Virus record (IMG/VR): IMGVR_UViG_3300021560_000014
Span: 41,937-105,936 of that record
Reading direction: 5' to 3' (one strand)
From: a virus
DNA: 64,000 nucleotides
Positions within the stretch are counted from its first letter, which is position 1, and every line of letters begins with the position of its first letter. Below are positions 20,638 through 30,945 of the stretch, one piece after another. A model generated the notes under the pieces. That model saw nothing but the letters and a program-made list of their open reading frames with translations, was not told where the DNA came from and searched no databases. A program made the position numbers and the translations under genes.

Positions 20638-20842
20638 CGTACTGCCTCTTGATGAAGATCCTGAGTGCCCGTTCCCGCAAGTGCATATTCTTGGGCAGGC
20701 CCATCTGCCACAGCTTGCGTAGCGCGTGGCGTTCGAGCTGATCGACTCCCTGCCTGCTGATTCCCCATTGGTCGGCGGCCTCCCTCATTGTGACGTTGTG
20801 GCGTTGATAGTTGCGTAGCTTGGAACCCCCTTCCCTCTTCAT
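20609..20842 (-). CDS. Sigma70 region 4-like HTH protein
   Basis: TMREAADQWGISRQGVDQLERHALRKL. Confidence 0.7.
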   Translation of the reverse strand: MKREGGSKLRNYQRHNVTMREAADQWGISRQGVDQLERHALRKLWQMGLPKNMHLRERALRIFIKRQYDEQQTGFHT

Positions 20843-23361
20843 GCTGCCTCCTTATACAGCTTCCCATGAAGTCCATAGGCGACTTCTTCGTACTCGCGCT
20901 TAGTCGGGAACTTCTTGAACTCGACATCTCCGGCCCAGCTGATGCCGAGTTTGGGTGTGGCTGGCACACTCAGTGGCTCGCCCTCGTACTCCCGCACCCT
21001 TTCCAGCGACTCGCAGATGAATTTGCACAGCTCATAGCTGTCCGGCCTGACGCTGAGCAGCAGGCTGTCGTGGACCTGGGCGTTCAGGTGGGCGTCCACC
21101 CGGTTGCGTTTGATGTAGTGATAGGCCGGGATGAGCCCGTACTGATTGAGCAGCCCGGCGTTCTCGCTCTGCGGGCCAAATGCGTACGCACGCCGGTAGA
21201 GGTCGTCGCCCAGCTTGTCCCACTTGAAATTGATGGTGCGCCCCCAGGAGTTGGTTAGGGTGCGAGTCTCGCGGACCTTGGCCGCCACCCGATCCTGCCA
21301 GGTGCGGATGGCCGGGAAGCGGCCCACGTAGGTGTCGAGCATGGCCTGACATTCGACCGGGTCGCGGATGATGCCGTCGAGCAGCAGCAGCTCGGACAGC
21401 TTGATGCCGGTCATCCCATAGGACGTACCGTGAACCGTGCGCTTGGCCAGATAGCGCTGGCTCTTGCTGACCTTGTCGTCATCGACACTGAAGATGATAC
21501 CGCCGTTGTAGTTGTGGATGTCGAACTCCCACGGCTTGGAGCGGCCCAGCTCCATCAACCCCTCGTCGTGGGTGAACATGGTCATGATGCGCCATTCCAC
21601 CTGGGAGAGGTCGATCTCCAGGAAAATGTAGCCGGGGTCGGGCATGAAGATGTGGCGAATCTCACGGTCCTGGTTCTGCAGATTACCGCCCGTCCGCATC
21701 GGGCTCTTGGAGCTGGTCAGCCGTCCGGTCTCAGTCGAGTAGCCAAACTGCGTACGCATTTTGGAATCGTCGTCGAGCCGGGTCTCGGGCAGGAATAAGG
21801 AGAGCTGGTAGGTGCGGCGGTGGTCAAGAATTAGATTTAATGCCTTGACCCCCTGCTGGCCCTTGGCGATGTCCTCTATCGTGCGCAGCCGGGTGCTCTC
21901 GCGCATCAGCGGGCGGTCGAGCCCGTCGGAGTGCAGCTGGAATTGCTGCTGCTTGATGCGGTTGGTCAGCCGGATCAGCAGCCTGCGCAACGCGACCTCC
22001 TTGGTCGTGGGCTCGCCGGTCGCCCGGTTGATCATCTTGGGCAGGCCCAGGGTGGTATATAAGTATTTCTTAATCTTGGCCGTGCTGAGCGTCTTCTTGG
22101 CGTGCAGCGCGAAGCCCGCCATCTCTTGCAGCTCTTCCTGGATGTCGAGGTAATGGATCATCAGGTCGGCTAATTTGCGGCGGCGCTTCTTGTCGTCCAT
22201 CATCACGCCGTTGAGCATCATGTCGAGCAGCGGCTGAAAGGTGGCTGTGTAGTGGTCGAAGTAGAACTGCTCCTGGCCACGCTCGCGGACGCGCGCACGG
22301 TAGAGCTTCAGCAGATCCTGGGTGACTGCCGCGTCAGTGGCGTTGTACTGCCAGAATGTGTCCCAGTTGCGGATGACGCCCTTGCCCTTCAGCTCGGCGT
22401 GAACGTCGTCCTTATGGTACTGATGCCTCAAATCAATCGACGCCATGTAGCCGAGGCTGTGCTCATCGGTCGAGTCCAGGCAGTGATGCAGGCAGAGGGT
22501 GTCCCAGACCCAGCGCTGCGTGTTCACGCCGTACATGCGCAGCCAGAAATTGTCGAACAGGCCGTTCTGAAAACCTTTCGCGCCGGGCAGCTCCTCCAGC
22601 AGGTACTTGACGATCCCGAGCGCCCATTGCCGGTCGTGCGAGTTCGGCCAATACTCCTTGTCGTCCACCGGGATGCTGATGGCTTCATCCTCGCGCCAGC
22701 TGAAGCCAACGCAGACCATCTTGTCCTTGGGCGTCTCGATGTCGCAGACCAGGGTGAAGTCCTCATCCATGGAGTGATCGAGGCATTCCCGGACCCAGTC
22801 CTTGATGACGGCCTTGCTCGGATGGATGATGTAGCGGCGCTCGGGAATGTTGAGGTCATGAAACTTGCTATCGCTGGCGATGCGTTGCCAGTCGATTCTT
22901 ATCCGCCGTTCAATCGACGGCTGGCGGAAGACCGCTGCCGGATGAATGGTCGGGATGACTTTCAGCTGGCGGTTCTTGCGGTCGATGTACTTGTAAATGC
23001 TTCCCCGGCGCTTGGTAATGCGGTCGAGCCCGAGTAAGGCATTGAGTGCCCAGTTGCCCTGAGGCACGACGACTACGGGGTTTCTCAGGTCCGCGATCCG
23101 CTGATGTAGATCCTCGGTCCAGTACGCGATCTCATCCTTGGGGATGCGTTTTAAATTATTGTCAGGTGGCCGGTAAGGCCGGAGGTTGTCGATTCTTATC
23201 TGTGGACGCAGTAGTCCAGCGCCGCGTAGGAAGCTGTCGAGCAGCTCACCAGCTGGCCCGACGAAGGGCTGCTTCAGCTCATCTTCCCTGCTGCCTGGGG
23301 CCTCGCCCAAAGCCACAATGCTGGCGTCGAGCGGCCCTACTCCCGGAACGTAGTTTGACAT
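20839..23361 (-). CDS. polA: Family A DNA polymerase with N-terminal family-4 uracil-DNA-glycosylase-like domain and 3'-5' exonuclease
   Basis: GEAPG..E....PFVGPAG and HPAAVFR (UDG4); CDIET exo I; motif A DLSQVEWR, motif B RYLAKRTVHGTSYG, motif C QVHDSL. Confidence 0.93.
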   Translation of the reverse strand: MSNYVPGVGPLDASIVALGEAPGSREDELKQPFVGPAGELLDSFLRGAGLLRPQIRIDNLRPYRPPDNNLKRIPKDEIAYWTEDLHQRIADLRNPVVVVPQGNWALNALLGLDRITKRRGSIYKYIDRKNRQLKVIPTIHPAAVFRQPSIERRIRIDWQRIASDSKFHDLNIPERRYIIHPSKAVIKDWVRECLDHSMDEDFTLVCDIETPKDKMVCVGFSWREDEAISIPVDDKEYWPNSHDRQWALGIVKYLLEELPGAKGFQNGLFDNFWLRMYGVNTQRWVWDTLCLHHCLDSTDEHSLGYMASIDLRHQYHKDDVHAELKGKGVIRNWDTFWQYNATDAAVTQDLLKLYRARVRERGQEQFYFDHYTATFQPLLDMMLNGVMMDDKKRRRKLADLMIHYLDIQEELQEMAGFALHAKKTLSTAKIKKYLYTTLGLPKMINRATGEPTTKEVALRRLLIRLTNRIKQQQFQLHSDGLDRPLMRESTRLRTIEDIAKGQQGVKALNLILDHRRTYQLSLFLPETRLDDDSKMRTQFGYSTETGRLTSSKSPMRTGGNLQNQDREIRHIFMPDPGYIFLEIDLSQVEWRIMTMFTHDEGLMELGRSKPWEFDIHNYNGGIIFSVDDDKVSKSQRYLAKRTVHGTSYGMTGIKLSELLLLDGIIRDPVECQAMLDTYVGRFPAIRTWQDRVAAKVRETRTLTNSWGRTINFKWDKLGDDLYRRAYAFGPQSENAGLLNQYGLIPAYHYIKRNRVDAHLNAQVHDSLLLSVRPDSYELCKFICESLERVREYEGEPLSVPATPKLGISWAGDVEFKKFPTKREYEEVAYGLHGKLYKEAA

Positions 23362-23411
23362 CGGCCAACCCCCTGCCCTTGCGGCCCCGTTTCCTGCCCA
23401 CCACGAGAAGA

Positions 23412-23651
23412 TCAGTCCGGAATTTTTGTACGCTCGGGATTTTCGCCTTGCCAGGCAAGGAACTTTTCAAGCGCGCTACACGCTCCGGTAATCTTGGCCT
23501 GGTTCACTTGCAATCGGGTGGCCTCCGCGATCCAGGCCGACAGTGCCTTGACCGCGATCAGGTCGGCGGCCTTCAGCACGAAGATTGGCATGTCGTCAGT
23601 GGCTTTGTTCAGGCAGCTGTTCGGATCGGACACTTCATCTTTCTTGAGCAT
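23412..23651 (-). CDS. Phage hypothetical protein
   Basis: SCLNKATDDMPIFVLKAAD; good RBS; bracketed by two copies of the dispersed motif. Confidence 0.6.
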   Translation of the reverse strand: MLKKDEVSDPNSCLNKATDDMPIFVLKAADLIAVKALSAWIAEATRLQVNQAKITGACSALEKFLAWQGENPERTKIPD

Positions 23652-23835
23652 GACCCACCTTTGTTGCGGTGCCGTTTCCTGCCCACACCGGGCATGTCCG
23701 CGCGAGGAGAGCAGCTTCCGCTGCCCGCCAGCAGCACTTCACCGCTCCACTCTCCTCGCGCACCCCACAACCCCTCACCTTCGTCAGCCTCCACTACCCC
23801 CACACCTCTTCAACCCCACCACCCCCACACGTTTG

Positions 23836-24693
23836 TCAGGCAGCGCCGCCATCGCCGACGGAGTCGCCGCCCGCCGTCTCAATCCCGCACACGTTCATGT
23901 GCGCGCGAAGATCATTGGGTCCACTGATCGGGAAGTCCTTCTGGCAGAGGGGGCACTTCTTCACCTCGACCTTGAGGGCCGCCTTCGGTTTGGTCTCAGC
24001 TGGCACGTCGCCCTCATCGACCTGTGCTGCGGCCTGCCGGGGCCGCTGGGCGGTGCTGGTCTTGGGAGCCGTCTGAGCGGGCTGGGCCTGCCGTGCTGCG
24101 TTTGCTGGCGGCCTTGCACTTGCAGCTGGTGCGGCTCCGTTGGACGTGGCCACGTCGTCGCCGCTGTCATGGAAGGCCAGACCAGGGCTGCTCTTGAGCT
24201 GGGTAATGCGCCCGCCCTTGTCGCTGTCGTCGAGCCCCGGCTCGCGTTCGCCGAGGGGCATGTAGCGCGACACCTGATTGCGGTCGTTGCCGGTCTCACG
24301 GTCCTTGCCGAGCGTCATCTTGAGCATGACCTGCTGGCCCTCGGCGGTCCTGCACATGGTGTCGAGCTTCTCGTCCAGCGGGATGTCGAGCGCCTTGAAC
24401 AGCCCCTTCAGCTTCTGAAAGCCAAACGACCGCCGCCGCAGCTCCTGGTCCTGGGCGTTGGGATCTTCCTCGCTGCCCAGGGAAAAGTAATCGAAGATGT
24501 AAAAATTGACGTACTCCTGGGGCTCCTGCACGATGAACGTGCCCTTGTACATGAGCGTGTGTTTTTGCTTCGAGTAACTCGCTTCGAGCGCGTCAATGGC
24601 CACCTGATAGTAACCGCTGGGAACTATTCCGCTATCCGGGATGTCATCCCAGTTCACCAGTAACCCTGACTGTGCTCTTTGTTGTTCTGGCAT
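23836..24693 (-). CDS. Single-stranded DNA-binding protein (DUF669-like)
   Basis: IVPSGYYQVAI...RNQVSRY OB-fold-like N-half, low-complexity tail; adjacent to the Sak4-like ATPase. Confidence 0.65.
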   Translation of the reverse strand: MPEQQRAQSGLLVNWDDIPDSGIVPSGYYQVAIDALEASYSKQKHTLMYKGTFIVQEPQEYVNFYIFDYFSLGSEEDPNAQDQELRRRSFGFQKLKGLFKALDIPLDEKLDTMCRTAEGQQVMLKMTLGKDRETGNDRNQVSRYMPLGEREPGLDDSDKGGRITQLKSSPGLAFHDSGDDVATSNGAAPAASARPPANAARQAQPAQTAPKTSTAQRPRQAAAQVDEGDVPAETKPKAALKVEVKKCPLCQKDFPISGPNDLRAHMNVCGIETAGGDSVGDGGAA

Positions 24694-24706
24694 ACCTCAC
24701 CTCTTC

Positions 24707-25510
24707 TCATTTTCCATTGCCGTTTTTGCTCCAAAGTGCCTGATAGTACGCGGGGCAGGGGTCGGGCGGGATCGGACGCAGACGGCTGGCAGCCATCCAC
24801 ATGGCGTCACCCTGCGTCTGAAGCCAATACTCCCGGTTGCCGTGGCTATCCCGCGAAACGTAGCCGTGGTAAATCTCCGAGTATGCGTCCGCCAGTCCCT
24901 TGCGCATGCGGCCCGGCGCTTTGATGGTCCGCACCATGCTGCCGCTGAACTCGTCCTTCTGCTCGTCGATATGCGCCAGCACCACCACGTTGTGGCTGCG
25001 CAGGTTGGCCATGCGCGTGGCGATGTAGCGCTCGATCATCGAGGTGGTCTCACCAATCCACTGCCGGGGGTCCTTAGCGCCAGGATTGCGTAGGAACTGC
25101 TCGTAGTAGGTGAACGTCCGGGTCAACCCGGAGATGTGGTCGATCACGAACGTCCGCCACTGGTTGTAATGGTGATGCAGCCCAGCCAGCCGTGTCTTGA
25201 AGCGTGCGGAGCCGATGGGCCGCTCGGGGTCCTCGTCCAGGTAGTGCTCGATCTGAATGATCAGCTGGCCCTGCTTGTTGAATACCTGCTGGCCAGTGAG
25301 GCCCTTGATGCCGGTCACTTCGCTGAGGTCGAGAATCTCACTGACATCGCCGCCATAGTCGAGGCCCCGGTCGAAATAGGGCTGCTCCTTGCCAGCCGTG
25401 TCCAGGAACATCACGCACATGGGCTTGGGGAAGGTCGCGGCGAAGGTGCTCTTCCCGGCCCCTGGGTCGGCGTAATCGAGCAGACGGATGGTGGGATGTT
25501 CTTCTGCCAT
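24707..25510 (-). CDS. AAA_24/Sak4-like ATPase (recombination)
   Basis: YADPGAGKSTFAATFPKP Walker A, FVIDHIS Walker B, VVVLAH. Confidence 0.8.
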   Translation of the reverse strand: MAEEHPTIRLLDYADPGAGKSTFAATFPKPMCVMFLDTAGKEQPYFDRGLDYGGDVSEILDLSEVTGIKGLTGQQVFNKQGQLIIQIEHYLDEDPERPIGSARFKTRLAGLHHHYNQWRTFVIDHISGLTRTFTYYEQFLRNPGAKDPRQWIGETTSMIERYIATRMANLRSHNVVVLAHIDEQKDEFSGSMVRTIKAPGRMRKGLADAYSEIYHGYVSRDSHGNREYWLQTQGDAMWMAASRLRPIPPDPCPAYYQALWSKNGNGK

Positions 25511-25515
25511 GATGA

Positions 25516-25773
25516 TTAACGAGCCCGGTAAAGCCGGGAAGGTTGTTCGAGCGGGTGAAGGTCCGGCTCTTTCCTGCGGGTCGGCCTGATGAGCGCGCTC
25601 ATGCCGAGCAGCAGCGCGAAGACGAGCCACGCGTCGAGCGCACATACGGTGGCATGGATGACTGCCTGCAACGGGACCGCTGCCAGCTGAAAGCTGTAGC
25701 AGGTAAGCAGGGCGGCGGTGGCCAGGGTCAGGCCGAACGCGATACAGCCGGTGGCGAAAGTTATGATGGTCAT
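25516..25773 (-). CDS. Small membrane protein
   Basis: Two hydrophobic segments; ATGA overlap with the upstream gene. Confidence 0.5.
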   Translation of the reverse strand: MTIITFATGCIAFGLTLATAALLTCYSFQLAAVPLQAVIHATVCALDAWLVFALLLGMSALIRPTRRKEPDLHPLEQPSRLYRAR

Positions 25774-26765
25774 GCAGCGGCCTCTATCATTTCCAGCTGG
25801 TCGGGCTGCCACTCGCTCTGGTCGATCAGGTAGTTCTCCAGCGCCTCGGTAGGACGGCCTTTGACACAGAAGTCCTCGAATGGGCAGAACTGGCAGTGCC
25901 CGGTAAAGATGCCCTCCTGAGGCAGGGCGTGAATATGCTCGGGGTCCTTGACGAATTGCAGAATCTGCCCGAACTTGCGCGCGTGGTTGATGGCCGTCCG
26001 CCGCCACGAATTTAACTGGTATTGCGAGCGGTCCAGCTCAATCATGCGGAAGCCCGCATGCAGCGGATAGCACTCATCCTTGTTTCGATATTCCTTGTGC
26101 TCCCGGCAGCGGGCCTCGGGCTCCCGGCTGGGCTCGGGAAATTCAATCGCATTGATGATGACGGTCGCAACGGTCTTGTCCAGCTGTGTGGCAGCTGCAT
26201 AGTAGTAGCCCGACATCTGGCTATTGCTTCTGAACTTCCTCTGCCACCAGTAAGTAATCGAGCGCGTGAACTTGTGATCGACCACGTGCCATGCGCCGAC
26301 CTTGGTGTCCTCCGGCACGAGGTCCATGCGGCCAATCAGAACGATGTCGCCGTCAGGCGTGAGCGGTACGGAGAAGGGGACTTCGACGAAGTCCTCGCTG
26401 ATCACGTCGAACGGAATGGCCTCGAACGGATGCTCATCGTACCATCGGCTCAGCACCCGGCTGGTGTTGTGATAGCTCAGCCGCTCTTCGCCGATGTTGA
26501 TGTTGTCGTCGGCCCAGTCCTTGTAGTTCTCGCGGAAGGCGTGCATGGCCATCGCCTTGCTGCGGGTGCGGAAGTACGCTTCGAGCGAAGCGTGGCCACC
26601 GACTCCGGCCATTGCAGGCGCGGCCTCGCGCTGAATTCCCAGTTTGAGGGCGTAGCGCAGTCCTACCAGGGTCGAGCATTGCGCAGCGTGCAGCGCACCA
26701 TCGGAGACGAGCAAAACCCCATCGTCCCGGAATCCAGATCGCTCTGGACCAGTTCTATAAAACAC
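25770..26765 (-). CDS. PD-(D/E)XK Cas4/RecB-like exonuclease
   Basis: IGRMDLV...VVDHKFT...QMSGY and C-terminal CQFCPFEDFC. Confidence 0.85.
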   Translation of the reverse strand: MFYRTGPERSGFRDDGVLLVSDGALHAAQCSTLVGLRYALKLGIQREAAPAMAGVGGHASLEAYFRTRSKAMAMHAFRENYKDWADDNINIGEERLSYHNTSRVLSRWYDEHPFEAIPFDVISEDFVEVPFSVPLTPDGDIVLIGRMDLVPEDTKVGAWHVVDHKFTRSITYWWQRKFRSNSQMSGYYYAAATQLDKTVATVIINAIEFPEPSREPEARCREHKEYRNKDECYPLHAGFRMIELDRSQYQLNSWRRTAINHARKFGQILQFVKDPEHIHALPQEGIFTGHCQFCPFEDFCVKGRPTEALENYLIDQSEWQPDQLEMIEAAA

Positions 26766-26928
26766 ACCGATACCTCGACCGCGCGGGCGGTCAATTAACG
26801 GTCGCTATGTTTTAGAAGGGTACAAACAGGCATTCAGGCATTACTCCCCTTCCACTTCCACCACACGAGCACCGGAAACCGCAACTCTTGTCCCCGAGAC
26901 GCTGCTCCCGAATTCCGGCGCAAGGGGG

Positions 26929-26958
26929 ATTATTGTTCCCCAAGATACCGAATGTCAA
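26929..26958 (-). promoter_or_regulatory. Putative sigma70 promoter upstream of the recombination/replication genes
   Basis: TTGACA-18 nt-AATAAT on the minus strand; lacks the GCCAGCTG element. Confidence 0.45.
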
Positions 26959-26999
26959 GTAAATCGACGCGTGCGATTGAACGCCGCGAATCCCCTGGA

Positions 27000-27218
27000 T
27001 CATTTGCTTGTGGATAACCCGGCGTTGCTCTGAGCGAACATCCAGGCGTCGATTGACTTCTTGTCAGATCGCCAGTCAGCGCCAATTTTCCACGCTGGCA
27101 GAGCGCGTTTCTTGATCAGGCGATAGACTGTGCTGCGATGGATGCGCAGGTAGTAGGCGATATCCTCCACCGTGAGGATTTGCGGAAGGCTCTGGAACCC
27201 GGTTTTTTCAGCCGCCAT
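27000..27218 (-). CDS. Excisionase-like HTH_17 DNA-binding protein
   Basis: ILTVEDIAYYLRIHRSTVYRLIKKRALPAWKIGADWR. Confidence 0.85.
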   Translation of the reverse strand: MAAEKTGFQSLPQILTVEDIAYYLRIHRSTVYRLIKKRALPAWKIGADWRSDKKSIDAWMFAQSNAGLSTSK

Positions 27219-27250
27219 TTTTCCCTCCCACATTGAGCAAAGGAAAACGC

Positions 27251-27607
27251 TCAGGTTGACAAACTGTTTAGCTCCTTCACGAGCGTGGCCACGCGCGGGT
27301 CAGTTGCAATCAGCTGGCAAATCCGCTTGTAGCTGTACTCGGCCATGTCGGTGCTGCGGCGCATCGCGCCGCCGATGGCACGGAAGGTGTGGCCCTCCAG
27401 GCGGAGCAGGTATGCTGCGATCTGGCGGGCGAACGCCTGCCGTGGGTGGTAGCGGCACTGGATACGTGAGCGGAAGGCGATGGGGTCGAAATCAAAGCGG
27501 CGGGCGACGGCCCGCAGGATGGGGTGGTTGCGGAGATACTGACGGCAGTGGGAGCAGCGGACAGGTTTGCGGCCAGCACCCCGGCGAGGGCGGCCAACAT
27601 CGACCAT
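27251..27607 (-). CDS. DnaA C-terminal-like DNA-binding domain protein
   Basis: ARQIAAYLLR....TFRAIGGAMRR.....YSYKRI resembles Bac_DnaA_C. Confidence 0.7.
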   Translation of the reverse strand: MVDVGRPRRGAGRKPVRCSHCRQYLRNHPILRAVARRFDFDPIAFRSRIQCRYHPRQAFARQIAAYLLRLEGHTFRAIGGAMRRSTDMAEYSYKRICQLIATDPRVATLVKELNSLST

Positions 27608-27955
27608 CTAACCGGGATTCTTCAGAATTTCGTCGATGTCGAGCGCCTCGCCTGGAGGGGCGACTGGGCCGAGGGCAGCCTTCTTTTCAAAGGTCACGGC
27701 TGCGGCGCTGCCTACGATTGCGGGGGCCGTGGCCGAACGCTCCTCGAAGATTTTAAGGATTTCGGGCGTTGGTTCCTTAATATCGTAAAGCGTGGACACA
27801 CCGTCCACATTGAGCTTCAGCGCAGTGGCACCGCTATGGACTGGCACGGCTGAGACCAGCTCAGTGCCCTGGCGTTTCACCAGGATCGGGCTGCCAGTAT
27901 GCCAATCGGTGAACTGAAGAACCTTTTCGTTCATCTTAGTGCTCCCGTTCGTCAT
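27608..27955 (-). CDS. Hypothetical protein
   Basis: ORF with GGAG RBS, co-oriented with neighbours. Confidence 0.5.
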   Translation of the reverse strand: MTNGSTKMNEKVLQFTDWHTGSPILVKRQGTELVSAVPVHSGATALKLNVDGVSTLYDIKEPTPEILKIFEERSATAPAIVGSAAAVTFEKKAALGPVAPPGEALDIDEILKNPG

Positions 27956-28838
27956 TATGGCCTATTAGGTGTGGGCAGGAAACGGGGCCGCAAGTAAGGG
28001 GGTGCTACCTTGCCTTGCCGATGTTGACCCAGAGCGCGCCGCCGTCGCGGATCATGTCGCCGACGTGACAGCCGTCCGCATTGGGGTGCTTCCCACAGTC
28101 AGGAAAGGGGTTGATCGAGCCGGTCTGGGCTGAAGGGTCAGGGTGTGGAGTCGAAGGGGGCTGCTGGGGGCAGCTGGTCAGGGACAGCGCGATGGCCGTG
28201 CTGATGAGAATTATCCCTGACCCCGGCCACGGTTTCAACACCAAAGTGAAATTTTCCCCCAGGCTAGCCGCCGTTTTATAGATTCGTATTCCATAAGTTC
28301 TCGTAGGAAAGCGAAAATGAGGTCGGGAGGGAGTGATTTGAACACTCGCGGCGGGAGCTGGCGAGGACGCGCGCATCCTCCAGGGGCTCCCGCCGACCGG
28401 AGTTCGGGTCCGGCGCATTCATCCAGGCTCTGCCACCTCCCGAGTGATTACGGCTCCGGAATACTGGCAGCCAGGATCGCTGCTACGATCATGATGGCGT
28501 TGTGCTTCCCCTCGGTAATGTCGTCGCCAATGTATCCTTCTGCTACTAGGGCCTCCATGACGGCATCGAACCTCTCAACCTTCGCTTTGGCTTGGCTTTT
28601 GAGCACTATGGTGTCATGATCCATGGTGATTACTTTCTTCCGCATTCGAGGGCCAATTTCGCGACCAGCTTCCCCATCCAGCGCGGCTGATTTTCCTCGA
28701 TCCACACCTCGGCGGCCTTGCGGTCGTCAAACCTATGCTGGCTCGAAACAGAGAACCAGACCGGGCCGTCCTTGATAGCGGCGCACCAGGGCGAGGCGGT
28801 GGCGCGCACGGTGGCGTCAATCGGGTTGGGCTGCTTTT

Positions 28839-29648
28839 TCATGCCTCGGCCTCCTCGGCGGTCTCATAGCTGTCCACCGGGTATTCGATCACATCAATGC
28901 CCTCGCCGAGCAGCAGCTTGATTTCCTCGCGGCGGGCCGGGTCGGCTTTTCCGAACGTGCGGACCAGGGCGGTAATCTCGCCGTCCTTGGTGGTCAGGTA
29001 GTCCGGGTTGACCTTGCTGATGTCGCGCAACTCCCACTTCCAGCGGATCTGCTGAATCCGGCCATTGAGCTGAATCGGCTGGGCCTTGATTTCCTGCACG
29101 TCCGACGGAGCGGCCAGCAGCCGGGCGGCCTCGGCCTCTTTGCCCTGAATGATCAGATCCGCTGCCGCCTTGCGCCGCTCGCGCTCCTCTGCAATGCGGG
29201 CGGCCTTGGTGGCATTGACGGCGGCCTTGCGCGCGATTTCCTTGAGCTTGTCCTCGCACTGCTCGTTTTTGTCCCGCAGCATGGCGATGGCGTCGGCCAG
29301 CGGGCCGGTTTTGTCATCCCTGGCCTTCCGGATCTTGGCCAGGGTGTCGCGGGCCGATTTCAGCTGGGGCTCATAGTCCTCTTCAATCTTGCCGACCAGC
29401 GCCTTCAACACGCCGATGAGGTCGGTGGCCTGCTGCATGGTGGCGCGGTCAACCACCTCCAGGTCATATGCCTGCCTAACTGGCGTGCGGGCTTCCTTGG
29501 GGACCAGCGCGAGCGGCAGCTGGTTGTCCAGCACCTTCTTCTCGCTGGCGCTCAAGGGTTTGGCTTTGGCAGGGGAAGGGCGAACAGTTGCGCCTTTGCC
29601 TGTGCCAACTCCTTTTTTGGTTTGTTCTACCCTTCCCTGCTTTTTCAT
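28839..29648 (-). CDS. Coiled-coil phage protein
   Basis: ATG at 29648 after AGGATAGGAAG; long helical region and RWKWEL.DI.KV..YL motif. Confidence 0.6.
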   Translation of the reverse strand: MKKQGRVEQTKKGVGTGKGATVRPSPAKAKPLSASEKKVLDNQLPLALVPKEARTPVRQAYDLEVVDRATMQQATDLIGVLKALVGKIEEDYEPQLKSARDTLAKIRKARDDKTGPLADAIAMLRDKNEQCEDKLKEIARKAAVNATKAARIAEERERRKAAADLIIQGKEAEAARLLAAPSDVQEIKAQPIQLNGRIQQIRWKWELRDISKVNPDYLTTKDGEITALVRTFGKADPARREEIKLLLGEGIDVIEYPVDSYETAEEAEA

Positions 29649-29686
29649 CTTCCTATCCTTTTGAGAGTTATGCTGCATTTTTAACG

Positions 29687-30865
29687 TCATGCTATGGCTG
29701 TCTGATCCGTTCCCCATGCTGTACGTTTCCACCACTCCAGCACCCTTGTGATCCACTGGGCCACCCTCCAGCCCTGGGGCTGGGGTTCAGGCTCTGGTGG
29801 GGGCGCGTGGTTGGCGACGGCGTTGGCGATGTGTCTGTCGGAAACGTAGGCGCATTGCAGCCGGACCTGGATGCCAGCTCCTCGAAAGAGCCCGTCGCCG
29901 CTGCCCAGCAGGTTCTCAGCACCACCCTCGTTAATCACAGTACGGCTGTCGAAGATGCTGGGCAACCGGAAAGTCAGTCTAGCTGGCAAATTTGCCTTGA
30001 CCACACCGGTCACGACGTTGACCGAGGGCCGCTGCGTGGCCACGATCAGGTAGACGCCAGCCGCGCGGGCCTTGCCGGTCAACTTGCGCAGCACCCGCTC
30101 GAACGCCTTGCGGTCAGCGCTGCTCGTGGTCAGGTCGGCCAGCTCATCGATCACCACCACGATATTAGACAGCCCGAGCGCGCTTGCCTTGCGGACCCCG
30201 GCTTCGGCCATCTCCTCATAGCGCTCCTCGACTTCGAGCGCGAGGTCTTCCAGGGTCTCCAGGGCCTCGGCGGAGTCAGTGACGAAGTCGCGCAAGTAGT
30301 TGTGCAGCTTGCGGTAGGGGGTCAGCTCAACCATCTTGGGGTCGATCAGGACCAGCTCCAGTTGTCCAGGCTCGTTGCGCGCCAGCAGCGACAGAATGAT
30401 CGAGTGCAGCAGCATCGACTTGCCACTGCCGGTGGTCCCGGCGACCAGCAGGTTCGGCAGCTGCGTAAGGTCCACGAGCACTGGCTTGCCGTGGGTATCA
30501 ACCCCGAGAGGCACCGTCAGCCGCTGACTGCGTGGAATCGCCTGGACCTCGCGGCAGCTTGCCAGCCCTGCATAGTTGACGATCTGACGGTTGCTATTGG
30601 GGTACTCGATGCCGATGGCCCCCTCGTCAGTCGCTGGGAAGATTCGCACCTGCCCACGGGCCGCAATCGACAGGTCCTGGGTCACGTGCTGAAGCTCACC
30701 GATGCAGGTCCTGCCCTCGGGCGTGAAGAGTGCAGTCGATACCGTCGGGCCAGTGTGAACCGTGGTCACGCTGCCCTTGATGCCCAGGGTCTTCAGCTTG
30801 CAGATGATCGCCTGGAGGGCCGGGTCCTGGACCAGAAGGATTGGGCTTTGGAGTAGTTGTGCCAT
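29687..30865 (-). CDS. FtsK/SpoIIIE-family DNA translocase (motor domain only)
   Basis: LLVAGTTGSGKS, LIDPKMVEL, VVVIDELADL, ARAAGVYLIVATQRPS, GAENLLGSGD. Confidence 0.92.
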   Translation of the reverse strand: MAQLLQSPILLVQDPALQAIICKLKTLGIKGSVTTVHTGPTVSTALFTPEGRTCIGELQHVTQDLSIAARGQVRIFPATDEGAIGIEYPNSNRQIVNYAGLASCREVQAIPRSQRLTVPLGVDTHGKPVLVDLTQLPNLLVAGTTGSGKSMLLHSIILSLLARNEPGQLELVLIDPKMVELTPYRKLHNYLRDFVTDSAEALETLEDLALEVEERYEEMAEAGVRKASALGLSNIVVVIDELADLTTSSADRKAFERVLRKLTGKARAAGVYLIVATQRPSVNVVTGVVKANLPARLTFRLPSIFDSRTVINEGGAENLLGSGDGLFRGAGIQVRLQCAYVSDRHIANAVANHAPPPEPEPQPQGWRVAQWITRVLEWWKRTAWGTDQTAIA

Positions 30866-30867
30866 AT

Positions 30868-30945
30868 TAGTTCACGCTCGTATAGTGGGTTTCGGGTAAG
30901 GTTTGGCTCGCGCACATAGAATGGGTTTCGCTGGCCCAATGGCTA
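30868..30945 (-). repeat. TIGR-like array 1 (2 units)
   Basis: 36-nt units at 30868 and 30904 (+ strand TGGCTCGCGC-N8-TGGGTTTCGC-N8), filling the KTSC-FtsK intergenic gap. Confidence 0.75.
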
